DNA of 64,000 nucleotides from an uncultured Chloroflexia bacterium. GTDB taxonomy: Bacteria; Chloroflexota; Limnocylindria; Limnocylindrales; CSP1-4. Every line of letters starts with the position of its first letter. Positions within the stretch are counted from its first letter, which is position 1. Location: assembly GCA_963819655.1 (NCBI GenBank), contig CAWFXA010000003.1, forward strand, positions 768,001 through 832,000, in the 5' to 3' direction. This document shows, one piece after another, positions 54,866 to 64,000 of this stretch. The translations under genes were made by a program, and so were the position numbers. Under the pieces are notes generated by a model. That model did not search any database, was not told the origin of the DNA, and saw nothing but the letters and a program-made list of their open reading frames with translations.

Positions 54866-55245
54866 CCATCGGTCAACGAATCCCGCCGATTGGGAAGGCA
54901 GCGCCCTAGGTCTGTCAACCCGCTGACCGTCGGTCACCGCGTGGACGGATCAGATCCGCGAAGTCGCGAGATGCTGTCCGTCGGTCAGCGCCACGGTGCT
55001 CCGGGGTGGTCCGCCGCGAGAAACGTTGACCGTCGGTCAGCGCCACGGTGCTCCGGGGTGGTCCGCCGCGAGAAACGTTGACCGTCGGTCAGCGCCACGG
55101 TGCTCCGGGGTGGTCCGCCGCGAGAAACGTTGACCGTCGGTCAGCGCCACGGTGCTCCGGGGTGGTCCGCCGCGAGAAACGTTGACCGTCGGTCAGCGCC
55201 ACGGTGCTCCGGGGTGGTCCGCCGCGAGAAACGTTGACGGTCGGC
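54861..55245. repeat. Array of REP-like palindromes including five near-identical 52-bp tandem units
   Basis: Unit ACCGTCGGTCAGCGCCACGGTGCTCCGGGGTGGTCCGCCGCGAGAAACGTTG at 54977 (one mismatch), 55029, 55081, 55133 and 55185. Degenerate palindrome copies at ~54861 and ~54922. Confidence 0.92.
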
Positions 55246-55247
55246 AA

Positions 55248-55526
55248 TCAGCGGAGCCAGAAGCCGATGAAGATCAGCACGAACCCGACGATCGCGATGA
55301 TGCCGGCGATCTGGGTCTGACGGCGGAGTTCGGACATCGCGACGGATGCCCCGGTCGGGCCGGTGTCCTCGGTGCGGAGTCCGCCGCGCCAAGCCTCGTA
55401 CCGATCGACATTGGCTTGCTGCTCCCGCAGCGCCCGATAGCGCGACCACGGGCCCCTGGCCCGCGTGTAGCCGATCGCCACGAGCGCCACCCCGAGCGCC
55501 CAGAAGATGATGTTCGTGAGGGTCAT
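55248..55526 (-). CDS. Small membrane protein
   Basis: Two TM helices; start overlaps the gatB stop. Confidence 0.75.
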   Translation of the reverse strand: MTLTNIIFWALGVALVAIGYTRARGPWSRYRALREQQANVDRYEAWRGGLRTEDTGPTGASVAMSELRRQTQIAGIIAIVGFVLIFIGFWLR

Positions 55527-57016
55527 CCCTCCAGCCTCTCGCGGATCAGCGCCTGGACCACGGCGGCATCGGCCTGGCCGCGGGTCGCCTTCATGACCTG
55601 GCCGACCAGGAAGCCGACGGCCTGGGTCTTGCCCGCGCGGTAGTCGGCGACCGCGCCCTCGTTCGCCGCGAGCACCTCGTCGACCGCGGCGCCGACGACG
55701 TCCGTATCCGAGATCTGCCGATAGCCGCGTTTGGCGACGATGTCCGCGATCGTGGCTCCCGTCGCGGCGTGCGCCGCGAGCGCGTCCTTGGCGTTCGAGC
55801 GAGAGATCGCCCCGTCGTCGACGAGGCTGACGAGAGCGGCCAACTCGTTGGGCACGACATTGACGGGCGCCTCCGCCGAGGCCGCGTTGCGGAGCCGCAG
55901 GTACTCGCCGGTCACCCAGTTCGCGACGGACTTGGCGGCGATCGAGGGATCGGCCGCGAGACCGGCCTCGAACAGCGTCGCCGCGTCACGGTCGGCGACG
56001 AGCACGGCCGCGTCGTAGGCGCTCAGTCCGAACGTCGTCGTGAACCGGTGCCGTCGGGCCGCGGGAAGCTCGGGCAGGGCCGCTGCGATCTGCGCGAGCC
56101 ATGCCGGTTCGACGTGGAGTGGCGGCAGGTCGGGCTCGGGGAAGTAGCGGTAGTCGTCCGACGTCTCCTTCGATCGCATGTGGTAGGTCGCCCCGCGATC
56201 GTCCGACCAGCCACGCGTCTCCTGGGTGAGCGGCTCGCCGGCGTCGAGGGCCGCTGCCTGTCGCTCGATCTCGAAGGCGATGGCCCTCTCGACGGAACGG
56301 AACGAGTTCATGTTCTTGACCTCGGCCCGCGTCCCGAACTCGACTGCCCCACGCGGCCGCAGCGACACATTCGCCTCGACCCGCATCTGACCGCGCTCCA
56401 TGTCGGCGTCGGATGCGCCGATGGTCCGCAGCAGCAGCTGCAGCTCCTCGGCGTAGCGACGGCCTTGCTCGGCCGTTCGGAGGTCAGGATCTGTGACGAT
56501 CTCCATCAACGGTGCGCCCGAGCGGTTGAAGTCGACCAGGCTGACCTTCCGTCCGTCGGCGGTCGTCGCGTGCACGAGCTTGGCCGTGTCTTCCTCGAGG
56601 TGGGCGCGCGTGATCCCGATCGTGAACGGCCCGTCCGACGTCTCGATCGTCAGCCGCCCCGCCGAGGCGAGCGGGAGGTCGTACTGACTGATCTGGTAAC
56701 CCTTGGGCAGGTCCGGGTAGAAGTAGTTCTTGCGATCCCACCTGGTCGCCTCGGGCGTGGTCGCCTCGATCGCGATGCCGGTCGCGAGGACGAGCTCGAC
56801 GGCACGTCGATTGATGACCGGGAGGGCGCCGGGCAGGCCCAGGCAGACGGGGCACACGTGCGTGTTCGGGGGGGCACCGTCGTATGCCGTCGCGCACGAG
56901 CAGAACATCTTCGACTCGGTGCGCAGCTGGCAGTGCACCTCGATGCCGATGACCGCCTCGTAGCGGTCGAGGGCCGGGGTACCGATCGTGTCGCCGTGGG
57001 TGGTCTCGATGGCCAT
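55523..57016 (-). CDS. gatB: Asp/Glu-tRNA amidotransferase subunit B
   Basis: IGIEVH, CPVCLGLPGALP, RKNYFYPDLPKGYQISQ and DYRYFPEPDLPP motifs. Confidence 0.98.
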   Translation of the reverse strand: MAIETTHGDTIGTPALDRYEAVIGIEVHCQLRTESKMFCSCATAYDGAPPNTHVCPVCLGLPGALPVINRRAVELVLATGIAIEATTPEATRWDRKNYFYPDLPKGYQISQYDLPLASAGRLTIETSDGPFTIGITRAHLEEDTAKLVHATTADGRKVSLVDFNRSGAPLMEIVTDPDLRTAEQGRRYAEELQLLLRTIGASDADMERGQMRVEANVSLRPRGAVEFGTRAEVKNMNSFRSVERAIAFEIERQAAALDAGEPLTQETRGWSDDRGATYHMRSKETSDDYRYFPEPDLPPLHVEPAWLAQIAAALPELPAARRHRFTTTFGLSAYDAAVLVADRDAATLFEAGLAADPSIAAKSVANWVTGEYLRLRNAASAEAPVNVVPNELAALVSLVDDGAISRSNAKDALAAHAATGATIADIVAKRGYRQISDTDVVGAAVDEVLAANEGAVADYRAGKTQAVGFLVGQVMKATRGQADAAVVQALIRERLEG

Positions 57017-57068
57017 TCGGAAGAGTCTCGCATACCGGGTCGGAGCGGCCCGTCCGGGGGCGCACCGA

Positions 57069-57495
57069 CGGCGGGTGCTCATTCATCGCCAGAGCGTCAC
57101 TGTGAGCGACATTGTCACTGTGAGTGACACGATCGGCACAGCCGTGCACGATCGATCGCCCAGACGACGTCCAACTGCATCCTGGGCGATCGGCGCGTGC
57201 TCGTTCATCGCCGGAGCGTCACTGGGAGTGACGTTGTCACTGTGAGTGACACGATCGGCACAGCCGTGCACGATCGATCGCCCAGACGACGTCCAGCTGC
57301 ATCCTGGGCGATCGGCGCGTGCTCGTTCATCGCCGGAGCGTCACTGGGAGTGACGTTGTCACTGTGAGCGACACGATCGGCACAGCCGTGCACGATCGAT
57401 CGCCCAGACGACGGTCGACTGCATCCTGGGCGATCGGCGGGTGCTCATTCATCGCCAGAGCGTCGCTGAGGGCGACATTGTCCCTGTGAGTGACG
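57069..57495. repeat. 122-bp tandem repeat (~3.5 copies), related to the 118-bp dispersed element
   Basis: Units start at 57069, 57191, 57313 and 57435 (partial). Each has paired GTCACTG(T/G)GAG(T/C)GAC palindromes and a GCCCAGACGAC...CTGGGC core. Confidence 0.92.
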
Positions 57496-57545
57496 CGACG
57501 AGCAGCGTCGCGACGACCCGCGAGGGCCGGCGCCACGACCGGGGG

Positions 57546-57773
57546 CTAGCGCCCGAACACGACCCCGGCCGCGGCGAGGAACAAGCCGTAGAGCGCGACA
57601 GCCAGCCACGCCACGCGGACGACGTCGGGACGTTCCTGGAAGGGGACAGGCTGCGTGCCACCCCTGTCGTTGGCGACGACCCCGCGACCGACGCGGCTCA
57701 CCACGGCGCGACCGGAGCCGACGATGGTCAGGATGATCCCGGACATGAAAAGGACAGCGACAGCCGGCTCCAT
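57546..57773 (-). CDS. Small two-TM hypothetical protein
   Basis: MEPAVAVLFMSGIILTIVG...VALYGLFLAAAGVVFGR with an AAGGGGG RBS. Confidence 0.55.
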   Translation of the reverse strand: MEPAVAVLFMSGIILTIVGSGRAVVSRVGRGVVANDRGGTQPVPFQERPDVVRVAWLAVALYGLFLAAAGVVFGR

Positions 57774-57879
57774 GGAACCCCCTTGATGTGACGGATGTGG
57801 CGGCATGTGACGGTGCCGCGGATGAGGACAAGGACATCCTAGCGCGACCCCGAGCGGGATCCGCAGGGACCCGATGGGA

Positions 57880-59475
57880 CTACCTGTCGACCACCGCCAT
57901 GGCTCCCATCCGCTCGGCCGGCGTCGGGGTCGCGGGGTCATCGAGAGCCGCCAGGTCGGCAGGCTCGAGGCTCCGCCAGGCAGCCCCGGCGGTGATCGCC
58001 TCGTAGCCGCGAGCCAGCTCGAACAACCTGGGCTCCGACCACGGCGCGCCGATGAACTGCAACCCGACGGGCAGGCCTTCGGACAGACCGGCCGGGATCG
58101 AGATGCCCGGCAGCCCGGCCATATTCACTGGCAGCGTGCACGCGTCGGACAGGTACATCGCCACGGGATCCTCGAGTCTGGCTCCGAACCGGAAGGCGAC
58201 CGTCGGTGAGGTCGGCGCCACGAGCGCGTCGAAGCCCTGCGCCCACAGGGCATCGAAGTCGCCCTTGATCAGCGTGCGCACCTTCTGGGCCTTGAGGTAG
58301 TAGGCGTCGTAGTAGCCGGCCGACAGCGCATACGTCCCGAGCATGATCCGGCGCTTCACCTCCGGCCCGAAGCCACCGCCTCGCGTCGCCAGATAGTCAG
58401 CGAGCACGTCGCGGCCCTCGCCCAGCCGCCGCCCGTAGCGGATGCCGTCGTAGCGCGCGAGGTTCGCCGACGCTTCGGCCGGTGCCACGATGTAGTAGGT
58501 CGCGAGCCCGTACTCCGTGTGCGGCAGCGACACGTCCTCGATGATCGCGCCGGCCGCCTCGAGCGCCGCCACCGCTTCGCGGACGCGCGCCTCGACCCCG
58601 GGCTCCATGCCCGCCACGAAATACTCGCGCGGCAGACCGAGCCGCTTGCCGCGCAGGGTCGAGGCAGCCTCGTCGTCGCTCGGCCGGCAGCGCCAGCAGG
58701 GCATCCGGGACGGGCTCCGGCGATGAGGTCGAGTCGCGCTCGTCGCGGCCCGCGACCGCGTGCAACAGCGCCGCCGCGTCCCGGGCGTCGCGGGCGAACG
58801 GCCCGATCTGATCGAGGGAGCTCGCGAACGCGACGATGCCGTAGCGGCTCACGCGGCCGTAGGTCGGCTTCATCCCGACGATCCCGGTCAGCGCGGCCGG
58901 CTGCCGGATCGAGCCGCCCGTGTCGGTGCCGATCGAGAGCGGGGGCATGGAAGGCGGCAACGGCGGACGCCGAGCCACCGCTCGAGCCGCCGGGGACACG
59001 GTCGAGCGCCCACGGATTGGCGGTCGGCCCGAACGCCGAGTGCTCCGTCGACGAACCCATCGCGAATTCGTCCATGTTCGTCTTCCCGAGGATCACCGCG
59101 CCGACGGCGCGCAGCCGCTCGGTGATATGGGCGTCGTAGGGGGACCGGTACCCCTCGAGGATCCGTGAACCTGCAGTGCACTGGCCGCCCTCGACCGAGA
59201 CGAGGTCCTTCAATGCCACCGGGATGCCGAGCAACGGGTGGAGCGCGCCCAACGTGGCGCTCCCCTCGCCGCGTGCCACTGCGATGCGGCGGTCGGCCGC
59301 ATCGGCCGCCGCGAGCGCCCGGTCGCGATCCAGCGACAGCCAGGCGTGCAGGCCGCCGGTCCTGGCGCTCGGCCAGGTCCAGGTGGGCGGCCGCGAGGTC
59401 GCGCGCGGAGAAGTCGCCCGACCGCAGGCCGGCCGCCATCTGGTGGGCGCGGAGTCGCGTGAGCTCTGCCGTCAT
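57880..59475 (-). CDS. gatA: Asp/Glu-tRNA amidotransferase subunit A (three apparent frameshifts)
   Basis: [42 protein letters not shown] and [11 protein letters not shown] are spread over successive frames, with shifts near 59357, 58943 and 58681. Confidence 0.92.
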
Positions 59476-59488
59476 CGCGGGGGCGGGC

Positions 59489-59785
59489 TCAGTCGCCGCC
59501 GAGGATCGCCGGGACGACGATCGACTCCCCGTCGTGCTCGGGGGCGTTGGCAAGGACCGCCTCGCGCGGCAGCGACGGTCGCACGACATCGTCGCGCAGG
59601 ATGTTCTCCAGCTCGATCGTCTGGGCGGTCGGGGCGATGTGGTCGGTGGGGACGGTGGCGAGGATCGCGTACTGATCGAGGATGTGGTTGAGCTGCCCCT
59701 CCAGACGCTCGAGTTCCTCGTCGGTCAGGCCGAGCCTGGCGAGATACGCGACGTGTTCGACGTCGGCGCGCGACAGGGTGGCCAT
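59489..59785 (-). CDS. gatC: Asp/Glu-tRNA amidotransferase subunit C
   Basis: LSRADVEHVAYLARL...LRDD...LANAP...VPAIL. Confidence 0.95.
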   Translation of the reverse strand: MATLSRADVEHVAYLARLGLTDEELERLEGQLNHILDQYAILATVPTDHIAPTAQTIELENILRDDVVRPSLPREAVLANAPEHDGESIVVPAILGGD

Positions 59786-59919
59786 GGACCCGATGATAGC
59801 CGAGCGACTTGGACCGACCGTTCCCCAGGCGGGCAAGTGTCGCCGTGCCGACAGCCAGCTGGCGCACCAAGCGAGATCGAGGGACGTCTCCCAGTCAAAC
59901 ACTCTCCCGGAGGCGACCT

Positions 59920-61158
59920 GTGCGCATCTCATCCTCGGCGCTCGCTACGACCATCACGACCAGCCTTGTCGTGGGCCTCCTCCTGGTGGCGTGCACGTCG
60001 TCCCCATCCGCGTCGCGAGCGCCGTCCACGGCAGCGACACCGGCACCGACCGGAGCGACGAGTCCGTCCGCCCCAGCGGAGTCGAGCACACCAACCGACG
60101 TCAGTCGGCCACCGACCTGGACCCCGACCCGAGCCATGAACACGTCTCGCGGTTTCCACACCGCGACGCTCCTGTCCGACGGAACGGTTCTTGTCGCCGG
60201 CGGTTCCACCGGCAGCGAGCTGGTGACGCTCGCCGAACTCTACGACCCCGACATCCGGACGTGGACGGCGACCGGACCGATGGTCCACGCACGCTACGGT
60301 CATACCGCGACCCTCCTCCAGGACGGCACGGTGCTCGTAGCTGGTGGCATCGGCGCTGGCGATGTCGATGCGTCGGAACGATCCGCGGAGCTCTACGACC
60401 CCAGGACCCGTGTCTGGACGGCGACCGGGCCGATGACGGTCAGCCGTACGCTCCATACGGCCACGCTCCTTCCAGATGGCACGGTGCTGGTGACTGGTGG
60501 CAGCGGCCGGACGACGAATGGCGCCGAGTTGGCGTCAACCGAACTGTTCGACCCGCGGACCGGTCGCTGGCAAGCCGCCAGCGATATGCTCGAAGCCCGG
60601 TACGGCCATACCGCCACACTCTTGGCGGGTGGCGTGGTGCTCGTGGCCGGCGGCGTTCCGCTCGGCGCAGAACACGTCGCCCCGGTCGGATCCAACCTCG
60701 CGACGGCCGAGCTGTACGACCCAACCAGCCGATCGTGGGCGACCACAGGGGCAATGAGTGACGGTCGTGCCAAGCACACTGCCACGCTCCTTGACGATGG
60801 CACAGTCCTTGTCACCCGGTTCGGGCCACTTGGGTCCACGCAGCGCTACGACCCGGAGACTGGATCCTGGACAGTCACGCAGGACCCGGACGTCGTCCGA
60901 TACGGGCCGACCGCGACGCTCCTGGCTGATGGACAGGTGCTGGTCGTCGGTGGCTACGGCGACGACGCCGGCAGCGGACGGGCAGCCGAGCTGTTCGATC
61001 CCGTCAGCGGGCGATGGATCGCGACCACCGACCTCGGCGTGGCCCGCGACGGGCACACGTCGACCCTGCTTACCGACGGCACCGCGCTCGTGGTCGGCGG
61101 CACGACCGGAAACGTGAAGGACTCCGCAGAGGTGTTCGATCCGGGCGAAGGCTTCTGA
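59920..61158 (+). CDS. Kelch-repeat lipoprotein
   Basis: Lipobox LVAC, S/T/P linker, repeated HTATLL.DG.VLV.GG...AELYDP units. Confidence 0.88.
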   Translation: MRISSSALATTITTSLVVGLLLVACTSSPSASRAPSTAATPAPTGATSPSAPAESSTPTDVSRPPTWTPTRAMNTSRGFHTATLLSDGTVLVAGGSTGSELVTLAELYDPDIRTWTATGPMVHARYGHTATLLQDGTVLVAGGIGAGDVDASERSAELYDPRTRVWTATGPMTVSRTLHTATLLPDGTVLVTGGSGRTTNGAELASTELFDPRTGRWQAASDMLEARYGHTATLLAGGVVLVAGGVPLGAEHVAPVGSNLATAELYDPTSRSWATTGAMSDGRAKHTATLLDDGTVLVTRFGPLGSTQRYDPETGSWTVTQDPDVVRYGPTATLLADGQVLVVGGYGDDAGSGRAAELFDPVSGRWIATTDLGVARDGHTSTLLTDGTALVVGGTTGNVKDSAEVFDPGEGF

Positions 61159-61207
61159 GATGGGGATCGTGGCCGCGGCCTTCCACACGTCATCCGGAGA
61201 GCATCCA

Positions 61208-62500
61208 ATGCGCGTTTCGTACTCGGCGATCGCGGCGTCGATCATGGCCTCGCTTCTCGTCGCGTGCACGTCGAGTCCGAACTCGAGCTCGAGCACGAAC
61301 CCGAGTCCGAGCCAGGTGGTCATCTCGACGTCGGCACCGCCCGGGCAGCTGGCGTCCCCAGCCACGTCGGCGGCGCGTTCCGCTCCTGCCGTGGAGTCCC
61401 CGGTCGCGACGCCGTCGGTGACTCCCATGCCGACCCCGGAGGTCCGGCGGGCACCGCGGTGGCTCCCTGCCGGGCATATGGCCCAGCCCCGCGGATTCGG
61501 CTCCATCGCCACGCTTTTACGCGACGGCACGGTGCTGCTAGCGGGAGGCGACCGCTCCCAGGCCCGCGACGAGATCTACGATCCGGGCGCCGGGACATGG
61601 ACGCCGACTCGAAGCATGGCCGATTGGCGCTTCGACTTCAGCGCGACACTGCTCAGGGACGGCAGGGTGCTCGTGGCAGGCGGCAGGACCGCCGCCGGCG
61701 TCGAAGAACGATTGGCCACTGCCGAGCTGTACGACCCGGTGACCGGTCGATGGACGGCCACAGGGAGCATGACCGGGGAACGCGGCGGCCACACGGCCAC
61801 GCTCCTTCCGGATGGCAGGGTGCTGGTGACCGGCGGTCATGTCTATACGAGCGACCCCGGCGGCAGACGCCCCCTGACCTCGTCCGAGCTGTACGATCCG
61901 GCGACCGGACGGTGGACCGCCACCGGGAGTCTCGTCACGGCCCGCGGCGGGCACGTCGGGACGCTATTGCCGAGCGGCAAGGTCCTCGTCGCGGGTGGCG
62001 CGTCCCTCGCTGCGAGCACGCTGGCTTCCGCCGAGCTATACGACCCAGCGAACGGGCGGTGGACGGCGACAGGAATCATGATCCATGAACGCTATGGACC
62101 GGCCATCGTTGGGTTGCCCGACGGCACCGTCCTCGTGATCGGCGGTCAGGATAGCGACACCACCGCCAAGACGGCCGAGCGGTACGACCCGGATAGCGGC
62201 CGATGGACGGCGACCGGGAGCCTGGACGAGGGTCGGCACAGCTTCTCGGCGTCCCTCATGGCTGACGGTCGAGTCCTGGTAGCGGGCGGTCGTAGCGCCG
62301 ACCGGTTCGGGATCGCGTTGGCCTCGGCCGAGCTCTACGATCCGCAGCGTGGTCGGTGGACCCCCACGGCGGGCATGGATGCCGGCCGGATCTATGCTGC
62401 GGCCACGGTGCTCGACGATGGCACGGTCCTCGTCGCCGGTGGGGCCGGCGATGGGTGGTTGACCTCAGCCGAGCGCTACGACCAGAACGGAGGGGCGTAG
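61208..62500 (+). CDS. Kelch-repeat lipoprotein (tandem paralogue)
   Basis: Lipobox LVAC and the same kelch repeat architecture. Confidence 0.88.
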   Translation: MRVSYSAIAASIMASLLVACTSSPNSSSSTNPSPSQVVISTSAPPGQLASPATSAARSAPAVESPVATPSVTPMPTPEVRRAPRWLPAGHMAQPRGFGSIATLLRDGTVLLAGGDRSQARDEIYDPGAGTWTPTRSMADWRFDFSATLLRDGRVLVAGGRTAAGVEERLATAELYDPVTGRWTATGSMTGERGGHTATLLPDGRVLVTGGHVYTSDPGGRRPLTSSELYDPATGRWTATGSLVTARGGHVGTLLPSGKVLVAGGASLAASTLASAELYDPANGRWTATGIMIHERYGPAIVGLPDGTVLVIGGQDSDTTAKTAERYDPDSGRWTATGSLDEGRHSFSASLMADGRVLVAGGRSADRFGIALASAELYDPQRGRWTPTAGMDAGRIYAAATVLDDGTVLVAGGAGDGWLTSAERYDQNGGA

Positions 62501-62586
62501 GCGCAGCCGGCCAAGCCGACGCGTCGTGGGCCGTGATCCTACGATGCGGCCGTGCACGTGCATCGGCCACCCACGGAGTGGAACCT

Positions 62587-63435
62587 GTGACCTTGCCGCG
62601 TGTGCGCCCGATGCTGGCCGCCGACCTCGACCCGGCCGTGCGAGCGGTCCTTGCCGACGACTGGGGCGACCGCCGCGCGTGGTTCGAGTTCGCGCTCGCG
62701 TCGTCGAGCTGCCGGATCTTCGTCGCCGAGGACGGAGGTGGCGCGATCGTCGGGACCGGGGTCGCCACGATCAATGGGCCCGTGACGTGGGTCGGGACCA
62801 TCTGGGTCGCGCCCGAACAGCGCGGCCATGGCCTCGGCCGGGCGCTGACCCAGGCAACGATCGATGCGGGCGAGACCGCCGGCTCCCGAACTTTCGTGCT
62901 TGTAGCGACCGACCGCGGCCGGATCTTGTACGAGCGGATGGGGTTCGAGGTCCAGACCTGGTACAGGACGATGGAGGCGCCTGGTCTCCCCGGCTCGGCC
63001 GAAGCGGCCCCGATCGATCCGGGCATCCGCGCATTCCGGATCGCTGACCTCGACGCGATCGCGGCGCTCGACCGCGCGGCGACCGGCGAGGACCGACGAA
63101 GCGTCATCGCCGACCTGGCGACCCCGGACGGGACCCGCGTCCTCGAGCTCGATGGGGCCATCGGCGCGTTCGTCATCCGCGCCCCGTGGGGCGGCGGGGC
63201 CACGGTCGCGCCGCGCGTCGAGGATGCGCTTGCCGTCCTGCACGCGCGACGGGTGGCAGCCGGTCCTGGCAAGCGCGTCCGCTGCGGGATCCTCGCCGAG
63301 AACAGCGCCGGCGCCGACGCCCGCGTGTCGGACGGCTGGACGGAGGCCTGGCGGGCGCCCCGACTCATCCGCGGCGAGCCTCTGGACTGGCAGCCCGACC
63401 ACATCTGGGGCCAGTTCAATCACGCGATGGGCTAG
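62587..63435 (+). CDS. GNAT N-acetyltransferase
   Basis: IWVAPEQRGHGLGRAL and LVAT..GR.LYERMGF motifs, plus a second GNAT-like domain. Confidence 0.88.
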   Translation: MTLPRVRPMLAADLDPAVRAVLADDWGDRRAWFEFALASSSCRIFVAEDGGGAIVGTGVATINGPVTWVGTIWVAPEQRGHGLGRALTQATIDAGETAGSRTFVLVATDRGRILYERMGFEVQTWYRTMEAPGLPGSAEAAPIDPGIRAFRIADLDAIAALDRAATGEDRRSVIADLATPDGTRVLELDGAIGAFVIRAPWGGGATVAPRVEDALAVLHARRVAAGPGKRVRCGILAENSAGADARVSDGWTEAWRAPRLIRGEPLDWQPDHIWGQFNHAMG

Positions 63436-63527
63436 CGCCCGCCCTCAGCGCTGACCCAAGGGTCCCGGTGGGACCGTCCGAAGGTGGGATGGTCGGCGGG
63501 GTATTTCGGCGGCGACCCTATGCGTCG

Positions 63528-64000
63528 ATGATCTCGACTGTCTGCCTGCAATGCGGGACCCCGGCCGCCCGCGAAGATGCCACTTTCTGTCGCCGCTGCG
63601 GGCTGCCGTACGGCGATGCGCCGCGCGCCCACGCCGAGCTTCCGAGCTGCACGATCTGCTACCGCACGGTGGACGACGATGGGCGTCTGGACAGCCTCGA
63701 CCTGCCGGGCCTGCGCGTCGACCTCCGTCGCCATATGGCGGAGCACGATCGGCATCCTGTCGGTGACGACGACTGGCTCGACACACTGCGAGAGGGCGAC
63801 CGCCTCCGGTGGGGTCGCTGGACGGCGCCGTTCGAGACGGTCCGGCGCTACCTGGTCACCGGTCAGATCGATGCAGGCCGCAACCGCCAGCTCGCACATG
63901 ACCTCATCGTGACCGCCATGACCCAGCTGCGCCGGTGGGGCCCCGATGGGGTGATCATGGGCGACCAGCCCGAATGGCAGGCCGCACGGACCGCGGTGAG
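63528..64000 (+). CDS. Zinc-ribbon hypothetical protein (runs off window end)
   Basis: Hand translation: MISTVCLQCGTPAAREDATFCRRCGLPYGD...PSCTICYR...RRHMAEHDRHP; no stop before 64000. Confidence 0.7.
   Translation, partial: MISTVCLQCGTPAAREDATFCRRCGLPYGDAPRAHAELPSCTICYRTVDDDGRLDSLDLPGLRVDLRRHMAEHDRHPVGDDDWLDTLREGDRLRWGRWTAPFETVRRYLVTGQIDAGRNRQLAHDLIVTAMTQLRRWGPDGVIMGDQPEWQAARTAV

Noticed and set aside
54861-55245. CRISPR array
   Set aside because: Five spacers are identical, the conserved palindrome is only ~19 nt and degenerate, and there are no cas genes in the window.
57069-57495. CRISPR array or repeated small ORFs
   Set aside because: The whole 122-bp unit repeats with no unique spacers, and the ORFs are by-products of the repeat.
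57880-59475. Programmed ribosomal frameshifting in gatA
   Set aside because: Three independent shifts with no slippery heptamers; sequencing error is more parsimonious.

Overview
GC-rich bacterial chromosomal segment, probably from a Chloroflexota (Limnocylindria-like) genome. That assignment is inferred from gene content, the GAAC-N4-GTTC LexA boxes and leaderless promoters, and was not verified. Most of the window is housekeeping: DNA repair/replication (recJ, uvrC, UvrD-like helicase, uvrA, uvrB, mutM, polA, dnaE), secD/secF, coaE, an ABC-F ATPase, gatCAB, tRNA-Leu(CAA), a nucleoside ABC uptake/salvage cluster, an ECF sigma factor with two anti-sigma paralogues, a partial Tad pilus module, and several secreted beta-propeller/Ig-like proteins. 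The most unusual signal is non-coding. A ~118-bp hairpin element (15-nt terminal palindrome, 29-nt arm, 30-nt core, 29/30-nt arm, 15-nt terminal motif) lies just upstream of an XRE-HTH + PD-(D/E)XK nuclease gene (21710-21827). It recurs as a gapless ~76%-identical solo copy at 31488-31605. A diverged version with co-varying terminal stems is tandemly amplified as a 122-bp array at 57069-57495. Two other palindromic repeat families occur at 10850-11035 and 54861-55245. Together these suggest a REP/REPIN-like system that may be served by a restriction-fold nuclease; no transposase is present in the window. This link is a hypothesis. Five apparent frameshifts (three in gatA) probably reflect sequencing errors.
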